From assembly GCA_964016885.1 (NCBI GenBank), contig CAXHJY010001616.1:1-36955 (forward strand): a DNA stretch of 36,955 nucleotides, written 5' to 3'. Source of the DNA: Eledone cirrhosa (taxonomy: Eukaryota). Made by a program: the position numbers and the translations under genes. The notes under the pieces were generated by a model that saw only the letters and a program-made list of their open reading frames with translations, searched no databases and had not been told where the DNA came from. The stretch's first letter is position 1; every line of letters begins with the position of its first letter. Shown piece after piece: positions 1-13,987 of this stretch.

Positions 1-3
1 TAT

Positions 4-131
<128 letters not shown>

Positions 132-161
132 ATATATATATATAATATATTATATATATAT

Positions 162-199
<38 letters not shown>

Positions 200-203
200 T
201 AAT

Positions 204-235
<32 letters not shown>

Positions 236-237
236 AT

Positions 238-289
<52 letters not shown>

Positions 290-290
290 C

Positions 291-321
<31 letters not shown>

Positions 322-374
322 TATATAATATAATATATATAAATATATATATATATATATAATATATATATATA

Positions 375-427
<53 letters not shown>

Positions 428-589
428 TACATATATATATATGAAAATATATATATATAATATATATATATATATAAATATATATTAAATATATAATATA
501 TATATAAATATACATATATGTATGAATATATATATATAATATACTATATAAATATATATATATATATAATTATACATATATATGTATGA

Positions 590-621
<32 letters not shown>

Positions 622-623
622 AT

Positions 624-672
<49 letters not shown>

Positions 673-711
673 TATACATATATATGTATGAATATATATA
701 ATATATATATA

Positions 712-759
<48 letters not shown>

Positions 760-771
760 TATATATATAAA

Positions 772-830
<59 letters not shown>

Positions 831-844
831 TACATATATATGTA

Positions 845-880
<36 letters not shown>

Positions 881-896
881 TACATATATATTATGA

Positions 897-970
<74 letters not shown>

Positions 971-997
971 TATATAATTATACATATATATGTATGA

Positions 998-1225
<228 letters not shown>

Positions 1226-1235
1226 AATATATTAT

Positions 1236-1267
<32 letters not shown>

Positions 1268-1276
1268 TATATATAT

Positions 1277-1522
<246 letters not shown>

Positions 1523-1546
1523 TATATAAATATATATATATATATA

Positions 1547-1599
<53 letters not shown>

Positions 1600-1635
1600 T
1601 ATATATAAATATATATATATAAATATATATATATA

Positions 1636-1707
<72 letters not shown>

Positions 1708-1746
1708 TATATATATAAATACTATATATATAAATATATATATATT

Positions 1747-1778
<32 letters not shown>

Positions 1779-1838
1779 AATATATAATATAAATATATAT
1801 ATATAAATATATATATAAATATATATATAAAATATATA

Positions 1839-1869
<31 letters not shown>

Positions 1870-1941
1870 TATATATATATATAATATATATATAATAAAT
1901 ATATAAATATATATATATAAATATATATATATAAATATATA

Positions 1942-1989
<48 letters not shown>

Positions 1990-2051
1990 TATATATATAT
2001 AAATATATATATATAAATATATATATATAAATATCTATATATAAATATATA

Positions 2052-2085
<34 letters not shown>

Positions 2086-2124
2086 TATAAATATATATAT
2101 ATAAATATATAAATATATAAATAT

Positions 2125-2174
<50 letters not shown>

Positions 2175-2249
2175 TATATATATAAATATATAAATATATA
2201 AATATAAATATAATATATATATATATATATATATAAATATATATATATA

Positions 2250-2301
<52 letters not shown>

Positions 2302-2325
2302 TATATAATTATACATATATATGTA

Positions 2326-2364
<39 letters not shown>

Positions 2365-2426
2365 AATATATATATATATATATATAAATATATATTTATA
2401 TATATATATTATAAATATATATATAT

Positions 2427-2483
<57 letters not shown>

Positions 2484-2489
2484 AATTAT

Positions 2490-2540
<51 letters not shown>

Positions 2541-2542
2541 TA

Positions 2543-2574
<32 letters not shown>

Positions 2575-2693
2575 TAATTATACATATATATGTATGAATA
2601 TATATATATATATATAATATATATATATATATAAATATATATATATAAATATATATATATTATATATAAATATATATATATATATATATAAAT

Positions 2694-2768
<75 letters not shown>

Positions 2769-2797
2769 TATATAATTATACATATATATGTATGAAT

Positions 2798-2972
<175 letters not shown>

Positions 2973-3001
2973 TATATAATTATACATATATATGTATGAA
3001 T

Positions 3002-3191
<190 letters not shown>

Positions 3192-3207
3192 TACATATAT
3201 ATGTATG

Positions 3208-3247
<40 letters not shown>

Positions 3248-3305
3248 TACATAATATATGTATGAATATATATATTATATATATATAATTATACATATAT
3301 ATGTA

Positions 3306-3341
<36 letters not shown>

Positions 3342-3355
3342 TACATATATATGTA

Positions 3356-3397
<42 letters not shown>

Positions 3398-3429
3398 TAT
3401 ATATGAATATATATATATATATATATATA

Positions 3430-3731
3430 ACAAAAAAATGGCGTAGACATACAACACAACAGGAGGAACAATGAATATAACACCACTGACGATGTTGCAG
3501 ATGTGCAACGAAAGATTTATGTAAACTATATATATATGTGTTTGTCTATATTGTATCTGTATTATTTTTGACCGCCGGTCAGTCAATGGCAACATTGAGG
3601 ACCGAGTAAGCTAGATCGCAGATATATATATATAAAAGACAGCGAGAAGCGAAAACCAACCAAACAGTGAGTGTGTTCTGTTATTAATTCTGGCAATATT
3701 ACGCAAATATGACCCTCCCCAAATATAACAA
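3430..3731 (+). mobile_element. Short hammerhead-bearing non-coding element in (TA)n, related to the fold-back at 34580-34905
   Basis: Terminus ATGACCCTCCCCAAATATAACAAT matches ATGACCCTCCCAAAGTATAACAAT at ~34880-34903; upstream GTGAGTGTGTTC / AGCGAAAACCAAC also similar; TA on both sides. Confidence 0.65.
3478..3542 (+). ncRNA. Hammerhead ribozyme-like motif, stem I disrupted
   Basis: CTGACGA 3486-3492, T, stem II GTTGCA/gatg/TGCAAC, GAAA 3510-3513, near-palindromic stem III, CTA 3526-3528; 3' stem I replaced or expanded by TA repeats. Confidence 0.6.
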
Positions 3732-4018
3732 TATATATATATGAATATATATATATATATATGAATATATATATATACATATATATATGAATATATGAAT
3801 ATATATATATGTATATATATATATATGAATATATATATATATACATATATATATGAATATATATATATACATATATATATGAATATATATTTATATATAT
3901 ATATATGAATATATATATATATATATATATATATGAATATATATATATATATATATGAATATATATATAATATATATATATATAATTATACATATATATA
4001 TATATATATAATATAATT

Positions 4019-4264
<246 letters not shown>

Positions 4265-4267
4265 ATT

Positions 4268-4390
<123 letters not shown>

Positions 4391-4494
4391 TAATATATAA
4401 ATATATATATATATATATAATTATACATATATATATATATAAATATATATAAATATATATATATATAAATATATATAAATATATATATATATAA

Positions 4495-4535
<41 letters not shown>

Positions 4536-4546
4536 TATATATATAA

Positions 4547-4587
<41 letters not shown>

Positions 4588-4744
4588 TATATATAAATAT
4601 ATATATATATATAATTATAACATATATATATATATATAATTATACATATATATATATATATATAATTATATATATATATATATATAAATATATATAAATA
4701 TATATATAATTATACATATATATATATATATATATAATTATACA

Positions 4745-5052
4745 TACTCTTTTACTCTTTTACCTGTTTCAGCCATCCGGCTGAGGCCATGCTGGGGCAC
4801 CGCCCTTGTTGCTACACATTTTATCTCCAGCCTGTATAGGTTGGCCACTGGTGTAGGAGGGAGTTTGTTGCTGCTGCCCTTAGGTTTCCCTCGTGTCTTG
4901 CTGTGGGCTCATCCGGGATCCTGGATAACAAGGTGTCGAGATGTTTCTTAAAGACATCCACCTCCACGTCATGCAAGTCTCGCAGATGCCTCGGCAGCCT
5001 GTTTGAAGAGTTGAGCGCCCTTGAATCCCAGGCTATTGCAATACCTGCTCCT
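4745..5052 (-). mobile_element. 3' end of CR1/L2-group LINE (ORF2 C-terminus + stem-loop + (GTAAAAGA)n tail)
   Basis: Minus-strand translation with a frameshift: SLGFKGAQLF..LPRHLRDLHDVEVDVFKKHLDTLLSRIPDEP..AAATNSLLHQ; hairpin CAGCC-ggat-GGCTG then short tandem tail. Confidence 0.7.
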
Positions 5053-5096
5053 TATTATATATATATATATTTAATTATATATATATATATATATAA

Positions 5097-5173
<77 letters not shown>

Positions 5174-5196
5174 TACATATATATATATATATATAT

Positions 5197-5340
5197 AACG
5201 GAGGAAATGTGGTAAGGAACCAGGTGGACCATAACGCACCAAAGTACTCAATACTTGAGGTAGTAGAGTGGGTAATAGGAACCAGTAAGGCCCCGACAGC
5301 TGAGCTCAAGCCGTTTCGACGGCTAATTCTGGACTAAAAT
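5197..5340. mobile_element. Dispersed (TA)n-associated repeat, copy 1
   Basis: Near-identical to 8391-8500 and to the reverse complement of 32739-32861; same terminus abutting (TA)n. Confidence 0.85.
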
Positions 5341-5384
5341 ATATATATATAATTATACATATATATATATATATATATATAATT

Positions 5385-5431
<47 letters not shown>

Positions 5432-5447
5432 AATATATATATAATTA

Positions 5448-5478
<31 letters not shown>

Positions 5479-5505
5479 ATACATATATATATATGAATAT
5501 ATATA

Positions 5506-5543
<38 letters not shown>

Positions 5544-5580
5544 TATATATATATGAATATATATATATGAATATATATAT

Positions 5581-5618
<38 letters not shown>

Positions 5619-6171
5619 GATGTTCAATATCTATGTAATTAAATATTCAACATACGGTAAATTAATTCACAAAAGCCATATGTGAAACAAACATAACAAC
5701 ATTTTATTAGTAAGACATTGGTAACATTCCTGATTGTCTTATTGAATTGACAAAAATACAACCAGACACAAGAAAGCCGTACAACATATGTAAAAAACCC
5801 TAGCAAATTCATACAATTTAATTGGTTTCTACATTGGTTTGTTTAGTCATTCATTTATGTATTTCTTCATTCATGAGAATTATATTAAGACAAGACTTAA
5901 CTGAAATGATAAATGTATATTGTTTTGCATAAAATTCCGGGAATAATCAATTTAACTACAGTTGTGGTTATGTTTCTTATGAAACAGTTACAAAACAAAA
6001 GAGATTTAAAACATACTTTTTTCATATTCATAAGGAACCTTAAATCAAAATATTTCATGGTTGTTTAATTTGACCACTGTAAATACCAAAATGTTCAACT
6101 TTGACCTATGTGCTTGGACACAATATCTAACTTGTTTTTTCTTGAATTAATTTGTATCAATTAAGTACATT

Positions 6172-6174
<3 letters not shown>

Positions 6175-6254
<80 letters not shown>

Positions 6255-6560
6255 ATATATGTGTGTATATATGTACATATATGTGTGTATATATGTACAT
6301 ATATATGTATATGTATATGTATATATATATGTATATGTATATATATATGTATATGTATATATATGTATATGTTAATATATATAAATATATATAAATATTT
6401 ATATATATTTACATATACATATATATATATTTATATAAATAATTATATCAATATATATATATATGTATGAATATATATATATATATATTTGTGTATGTGT
6501 GTGTGCGTGTGTATGTGTAATCTGTGTTTTCCTAATATTAATAACAATATTCGATTCTTT

Positions 6561-6600
<40 letters not shown>
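6175..6600. repeat. (CT)n followed by TA/TG compound microsatellite
   Basis: Visible. Confidence 0.95.
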
Positions 6601-6603
<3 letters not shown>

Positions 6604-6869
6604 TTTGGTTGTTCACCACTGGATAGAACTGGTCAAACAGTATAGCCAACGATGATATACTATTAAGAAAAAGACTCGACTTCATGCAAATCTAACCAGC
6701 AGGGTAGCAGGAATAAGCATACAACCCCAAAATAAAAATGATGAGAGTTTGAGAGTTGTCACTGGAAGGCGGTCACCCTAACTGGCAAGAACTGACGCAC
6801 TTGATCGCCTTGGAGTGTGATCCTCTTGAGTTGTGTTTACCATTATTCGTTTATTATATATTTATTATA

Positions 6870-6939
6870 CAATAAACACCTGATGATGTGACCAGGATCT
6901 TAGGTAACCTGGCCACTGAAATGTACATAGTGGTTGTTG
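6870..6939 (+). ncRNA. Minimal type I hammerhead ribozyme
   Basis: Stem I CAATAAACAC/GTGGTTGTTG, CTGATGA 6880-6886, stem II GTGACCAGG/CCTGGCCAC, GAAA 6918-6921, palindromic stem III ATGTACAT, cleavage triplet AUA (after 6929). Confidence 0.75.
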
Positions 6940-7002
6940 AAAAATTCTTTGATGGAATGTTCTACACCAGTTACACTGTCATTTTACTCAATAATGTATA
7001 TA

Positions 7003-7043
<41 letters not shown>

Positions 7044-7615
7044 ATGTGTGTGCGTGTGCGTATGTGCATGTGTGTGCGTGTGTATCTGTGTGTGTGTCGG
7101 TGAGAGAGTGTACATAAATATATATATATATATATATAAGATAGCGTATACACTCACAGACGCAAAGCCGAAAACACACATGCAAATGCGCATATATACA
7201 AATATATGTACATACATATCGATACTGATAGATAGGTAGGTAGAAATCTACCTAGATAGATACATTGATAGATCAATAAATAGATAGATAGATAGATATA
7301 TTTATTGATAGATAGATAAACTTAGATGATTTGTAAACGTCTGAATGTATACTTCTTGAAAACGTTCGATTGAGGTAAGTCTGCTAGTTGTAATGTAATA
7401 TGTTCCATTAGTAAACACACTATATTTCCTCGTAGGTGTTAACAAGCATAATCACGTATATTCATATATTATTGCGGCATTAAATACCTTAACACATTTA
7501 AATATCTATGTTATCGTTAAGAACATTTGAAGACACACATACAAATGCACACATTATCACACTCACCAACAAAATACAAACATACAGAAATGTATACACA
7601 CACACTCACACAAAG

Positions 7616-7671
<56 letters not shown>

Positions 7672-7919
7672 ACATAAATATATATATTGTTTGATACAGA
7701 AATCATTTGTACAGGAGTAGATGCCATTATTTGGCATGAAAAGCTCAGGGCTTTCCTGAAGATTTCATACGAATGAAGCCATTTCTATGTTAGATAATGT
7801 TTATAATCTCCGAATACATAGGATATTTGTTCAACTGTTGTTACCGCCAATTTCACGCGGGTACTACACACTCAAACAGACATACACGCAAACACATACA
7901 CATACACACACATACAAAC

Positions 7920-7926
7920 AAACTTA

Positions 7927-8009
<83 letters not shown>

Positions 8010-8158
8010 GATATAAGATATATGTATATATATGTATATATATGATATATATATATCATATATATATGTATATATATATATATATCATATATATATGTAT
8101 ATATATATATATATATACATATATATGTATATATATATATATATCATATATATATGTA

Positions 8159-8246
<88 letters not shown>

Positions 8247-8247
8247 C

Positions 8248-8287
<40 letters not shown>

Positions 8288-8390
8288 CATATATATATGT
8301 ATATATATATATATACATATATGATATACGTATATATATATATATATATACATATATGATATACGTATATATATATATATATATATATAT
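7920..8390. repeat. (TA)n tract with ATC/ATG variants
   Basis: Visible. Confidence 0.95.
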
Positions 8391-8500
8391 AACGGAAGAA
8401 ATATGGTAAGGAACCAGGTGGACCATAACGCACCAAAGTACTCCATGCTTAGGGTAGTAGAGTGGGTAATAGGAACGAGTAGGACCCCGACGGCTGAGCT
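8391..8500. mobile_element. Dispersed (TA)n-associated repeat, copy 2
   Basis: Matches 5197-5306. Confidence 0.85.
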
Positions 8501-8565
8501 AATATATATATATATATATATATTAGAATTGGTGCTCTGAAATAGCTATATATATATATATATAT

Positions 8566-8743
8566 ATGAATGTATATATAGTGTATTTTGCAATACACTC
8601 TACAGGGCTCTGTCGGCTTCATCTCCCCTGTTTGCTGAAAATTAAAGTAAGAGAGACTATCACTACTCTAAAACAATAGCATAACGTCTTCGAAATGCTT
8701 TTAATTAAGCATACAGTGTATTGCAAAATACACTATATATACA

Positions 8744-8748
<5 letters not shown>
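8566..8748. mobile_element. MITE-like element with 34-bp terminal inverted repeats in (TA)n
   Basis: ATGAATGTATATATAGTGTATTTTGCAATACACT (8566-8599) and its reverse complement (8715-8748). Confidence 0.7.
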
Positions 8749-8779
<31 letters not shown>

Positions 8780-8816
8780 ATATATAAGATCAAAAGATGG
8801 TTAAAAGAGTTCCATG

Positions 8817-8887
8817 TATTTTATTATGCGCATTTCAAAAACAAACATCATCATGCAATAATATTTGTGTTTTCATCAGATAAAATA
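8817..8887 (-). ncRNA. Minimal type I hammerhead ribozyme (mirror of 9006-9076)
   Basis: Exact reverse complement of the 9006-9076 motif. Confidence 0.8.
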
Positions 8888-9005
8888 GGAAGACATGATA
8901 TGAAGGTTAAAAAACACTTGTGAATTGTGCAGTTTTAAATCACATATGTTGATTTAAAACCCTCACTATTCACAAGTGTTTTTTAACCTTCATATCATGT
9001 CTTCC

Positions 9006-9076
9006 TATTTTATCTGATGAAAACACAAATATTATTGCATGATGATGTTTGTTTTTGAAATGCGCATAATAAAATA
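9006..9076 (+). ncRNA. Minimal type I hammerhead ribozyme
   Basis: Stem I TATTTTAT/ATAAAATA, CTGATGA 9014-9020, ~16-bp stem II with GCAT loop, GAAA 9057-9060, palindromic stem III ATGCGCAT, AUA cleavage after 9068. Confidence 0.82.
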
Positions 9077-9199
9077 CATGGAACTCTTTTAACCATCTTT
9101 TGATCTTATATATTATGTATACTGCAGTCCTACAAACTGTAGAGTGCTTCTTATGCGATATCTGCATTGCTTCATTGTACTACAATAAAACTCACCTCC

Positions 9200-9254
<55 letters not shown>

Positions 9255-9544
9255 AAGTAAGTCCATAGAATCATTTGATAACATATATACAGTACTTCTC
9301 CTCCCGATCAGCATAATAAACCACACAAAAAATCAATTAAGCGAGGCTATAAATTTAAAATGTACCTATGAAGAAACAATAGAGAAATAAATCATGGCTA
9401 TTTTATCCGCGATCAACAGCCACAGAAGATTTACCTAGTATTTCTAATAGCCCGTAGAAATTGATTAGACATATAGCCAACCATATATATATAATTTTTT
9501 TTTTTTTACGGGTATATCAATATTTATTTATAAAACAAATCTGC

Positions 9545-9607
9545 ATTTCATCTGATGAAAGCGCACCATAATTTGCCTTGGTTGCCCATGAAATATATAT
9601 AATAAAT
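9545..9607 (+). ncRNA. Degenerate hammerhead-like motif
   Basis: CTGATGA 9552-9558, imperfect stem II GCGCACCA/TGGTTGCCC, GAAA 9590-9593, TATATA-TA, bulged stem I ATTTCAT/ATAAAT. Confidence 0.4.
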
Positions 9608-9655
9608 AAATATGGTTTCATAAATATAGTTTCCATTTATTAATATATTGTATAC

Positions 9656-9710
<55 letters not shown>

Positions 9711-9925
9711 AATATAAGTATATACACGTACATACATATATGTATACGGACGTACAGTAGTATGTATATATATATATATATACATACATGCACACATATT
9801 TATATGTACGTATGGATTCACTGAACATTTATTATAATGCTCGGTGTGTTTGTAAACAAACATCCCGTATTAAGCCGTAGAGTCTAGCAACCATCGTTGC
9901 TCGTTTGTTCAACACTGACAAAGGA

Positions 9926-9968
9926 ACGCTGTACTAGTTTCAAGCTTATTAGCTATCGTCAGCAACGT
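9926..9968 (-). ncRNA. Minimal type I hammerhead ribozyme
   Basis: Reverse complement reads ACGTTG CTGACGA T AGCT-aata-AGCT T GAAA CTAG TA CAGCGT. Confidence 0.8.
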
Positions 9969-10335
9969 ATACCTCCCTGCCAGATGGTTGAACCTAAATA
10001 CTTACCTTATGCATATTAACGGCTGAGTAGCCTAATTTGCATATCGAGTGGGTTAAATGGCCGGATTCACCGACAATGATAAACGGAAAAAATGAAACGA
10101 AATTTCATTTCCCACTCTTATTAAGGCTGTTACTTAAATATAAGTATGTACACGTACATACATATATGTATACAGACGTACAGTAGTATGTATATATATA
10201 TATATATATATATATGTACGTATGGATTCACCGAACATTTATTATAATGCTCGGTGTGTTTGTAAACAAACATCCCGTATTAAGCCGTAGTATCTAGTAA
10301 CCATCGTTGCTCGTTTGTTCAACACTGACAAAGGA

Positions 10336-10378
10336 ACAATGTACTAGTTTCAAGCTTATTAGCTATCGTCAGCAACGT
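10336..10378 (-). ncRNA. Minimal type I hammerhead ribozyme (weakened stem I)
   Basis: Same core; 3' stem I is CATTGT instead of CAGCGT. Confidence 0.7.
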
Positions 10379-10529
10379 ATACCTTCCTGCCAGATTGTTG
10401 AACGTATATACTTACCTTACGCATATTAACGGCTGAGTAGCCTAATTTGCATATCGAGTGGGTTAATCGGCCGGGTGCACCGAGAACGATAAAAGGAAAA
10501 AATGAAACGAAATTTAATTTCCCGGGTAT

Positions 10530-10572
10530 ACGTTGCTGACGATAGCTAATAAGCTTGAAACTAGTACAGCGT
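10530..10572 (+). ncRNA. Minimal type I hammerhead ribozyme
   Basis: ACGTTG, CTGACGA 10536-10542, AGCT/AGCT stem II, GAAA 10557-10560, palindrome ACTAGT, GUA cleavage after 10566, CAGCGT. Confidence 0.82.
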
Positions 10573-10841
10573 TCCTTAGCCAGTGTTGGACAAACGAGCA
10601 ACGATGGTTGCTAGACACTACCGCTTAATATGGGATGTTTGTTTACAAACAGACCGAACATTATAATACATGTTCGGTGAATCCATACGTACATATATAT
10701 ATATATATGTGTGTGCATGTATGTATATATATATACATACTACTGTACGTCTGTATACATATATGTATGTACGTGTACATATTTATACTTAAGTAACAGC
10801 CGTACTAAGAGTGGGAAATGAAATTTCGTTTCATTTTTTCC

Positions 10842-10881
<40 letters not shown>

Positions 10882-10884
10882 TAT

Positions 10885-11100
10885 AATACAAGATCAAAAT
10901 ATGGTTAAAGGAGTTCCATGTATTTTATTATGCGCATTTCAAAAACAAACATCATCATGCAATAATATTTGTGTTTTCATCAGATAAAACAGGAGAACAT
11001 GATATGAAGGTTAAAAAACACTTGTGGATAGTGCAGTTTTAAATCAACATGTTGATTTAAAACTGCATTATCCACAAGTGTTTTTTAGCCTTCACATCAC
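10885..11100. mobile_element. Second copy of the palindromic hammerhead element, right arm truncated
   Basis: Matches 8780-8998; centre TTTTAAATCAACATGTTGATTTAAAA is a perfect palindrome. Confidence 0.85.
10921..10991 (-). ncRNA. Minimal type I hammerhead ribozyme
   Basis: Core and stems II/III identical to 8817-8887; one G-U change in stem I. Confidence 0.78.
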
Positions 11101-11273
11101 GGGCGCTCTATCTCAAAATTATTTTTGAAAACATTAGAAATGCGCAACCGGTAAAACTTAAAACCAAAACTGAATACTAACCAATACTATTACTAATTTT
11201 TACTTATTCCTAATTAAACTATTTTTCACTGGGAGCAATTTGTCAGTATTTTCTTTTCCTTTTACCAATATAT
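11101..11273. repeat. Dispersed repeat, second copy at 33556-33728
   Basis: Direct alignment over ~170 bp; both end in TTTACCAATATAT. Confidence 0.85.
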
Positions 11274-11314
11274 CATAACTCGTGTGTTACACCTCTATTC
11301 TTTTAAATATATAT

Positions 11315-12388
<1,074 letters not shown>

Positions 12389-12784
12389 ATGTAACCCATT
12401 TGCAACCACGCAGCACACCATGTTTTCATAAAGAATGAAAGCAGCGATTCTTTGCTTAAACATTAATCTGTTATTTTAATAAATATATATATATATTTTT
12501 ATATATAGATAGAGAGATAGAGAGAAAGAGAGAGATAGAGAGAATGAGAGAGAGAGAGAAAGAGAGTGAAAGGGAGGACACATACAATTAATTAAGCTAA
12601 ACCGAATTGCTGTATGTTCAACAAAAGACCCCTGAATCTGACAAATGGTATCGTCATGATGGTGTTGATGATCCTCACATCATGATGACCAACACCAACA
12701 TCAACATCATCTTCTCAGTCTTCCTCAGTATCATTTTATGTTTAGTTATCAATGTCATCCCATGTGATTATAATTAATATTGTT

Positions 12785-13141
12785 CAGGGTGGAGGGGGAA
12801 TTGCTCTATGCCCAGCAATTTGATGAAAGATGGTTGAGCGAGGCAAGTATAGCCTGAGTGAATGGGCCTGCTCTGAGTATGTGTCTGTAGATTGGAGGTA
12901 GTGAATTGGGAGAGGCTTATTTCCCTGGTGGTCAGGGTCACCGTGGCTTTTATAATGCGCTTTCTCCACGAGTGTCCCTCGGAAGTCTCCCCGATAATTG
13001 GAAATTTAAATTTGTTTCATTTTCGTTATTTCCTTTGTCATTGATTTTTCTTTACATCCAGGAATGCCTATTTGTCCCGTCCTGTGCTGTCCTTAAAGGT
13101 ATACTTTATGTCAACCCTTGTGGTTAATAATGAAAGCATTA
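12785..13141 (+). mobile_element. Tx1/L1-like retrotransposon extreme 3' end (copy A)
   Basis: QFDERWLSEASIA*VNGP parallels FVEKWVSEEKRARVNGP of copy B; same 3' UTR end TGTCAACCCTTGTGGTTAATAA-GAAAGCATTA. Confidence 0.65.
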
Positions 13142-13970
13142 CTCTGGGTGTCGACGAAAATCAACTATCTAATCTCTTCGGTAGAACGTTCAGGCCGAGG
13201 ACCATGGACAACTTCCAGAAATCCCTGACCTGTCAGTGCTACCGGGGAGCGTTGCCAGTCGGGATAAATTCTACAGGCATGGAAGTGACGCCAGCCGGAC
13301 CCTTTCGAGATGCGTGTAGAGCAACGAAACAGCCCTGCACGCACTTGTCCAGTGTCCAAGCATAGCTGACTTGTGGGTTTATGTCGAAAACCAGCTGTCG
13401 CGTAAGGGACGGATTCGGCTATCAGCTGAGTCCATCGTGAGGATTGCCTCACCGGCTTCCTTTACCCGAGAAGTGCTGGCAGTGTTTATCTGCCTGGTGG
13501 CCACGGTAAAAGAGATCGTATGGTGAAACGTCTGAAAAGGTTGAAGACGGGTACTTTCCTCTTCGGTGACGCCCTCATTAACATTTTCAGGTTTCAACTG
13601 AAAATGAAAATCAGGGTGGAGAGGGACGTGCTGCCTTCCAGCCAGTTTGTTGAAAAGTGGGTGAGTGAGGAAAAAAGGGCCCGTGTGAATGGGCCTTACC
13701 CTGAGCGTGTGGCTGTAGTATCGTAGGAGAAAAACTGGAAGAGGGCACCTGCCCTAGCGGTCGGGGTAACTGGCTTTTTTGTGGTCTTTCTGCACAAGCA
13801 ACCTTCGGAAGTCTCCCACTATTGGGGAATTTGTCTTTGTTTCTTTTTTGTCACATACTCTGTTTTTGTTTTTTACACGCAGAAATACCCATTTATACCG
13901 TCCTGTATTGTACTAGGTTGTCCTTAATGTTATAATTTGTGTCAACCCCTGTGGTTAATAAAGAAAGCAT
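13142..13970 (+). mobile_element. Tx1/L1-like retrotransposon 3' fragment (zf-RVT region + 3' UTR), frameshifted
   Basis: YRGALPV...NETALHALVQCP..LW...KEIVW...FRFQLKMKIRVERDVL...FVEKW is typical of L1/Tx1 ORF2 C-termini. Confidence 0.75.
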
Positions 13971-13987
13971 TATTATTATTATTATTA

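Larger units (their letters stand above)
8772..9121. mobile_element. 350-bp near-perfect palindrome carrying a hammerhead in each arm
   Basis: Arms are reverse complements around ~8946; second truncated copy at 10885-11100. Confidence 0.9.
9715..10847. mobile_element. Retrozyme/Penelope-pLTR-like array: two tandem ~410-425-bp units (9715-10140, 10141-10523) plus an inverted copy (10525-10847)
   Basis: Units align directly; one hammerhead per unit; flanked by (TA)n. Confidence 0.85.

Noticed and set aside
7326-7381. Possible micro-exon ending GAG|GTAAGT
   Set aside because: Only a donor consensus; no polypyrimidine acceptor or recognisable peptide
7756-7790. CTGAAGA-T-TTC/GAA-T-GAAG hammerhead-like motif
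   Set aside because: GAAG instead of GAAA and no stem I
9250-9420. Penelope GIY-YIG C-terminus-like residues (LSEAINL, INHGY) upstream of the 9552 motif
   Set aside because: Too degraded to support without an HMM search
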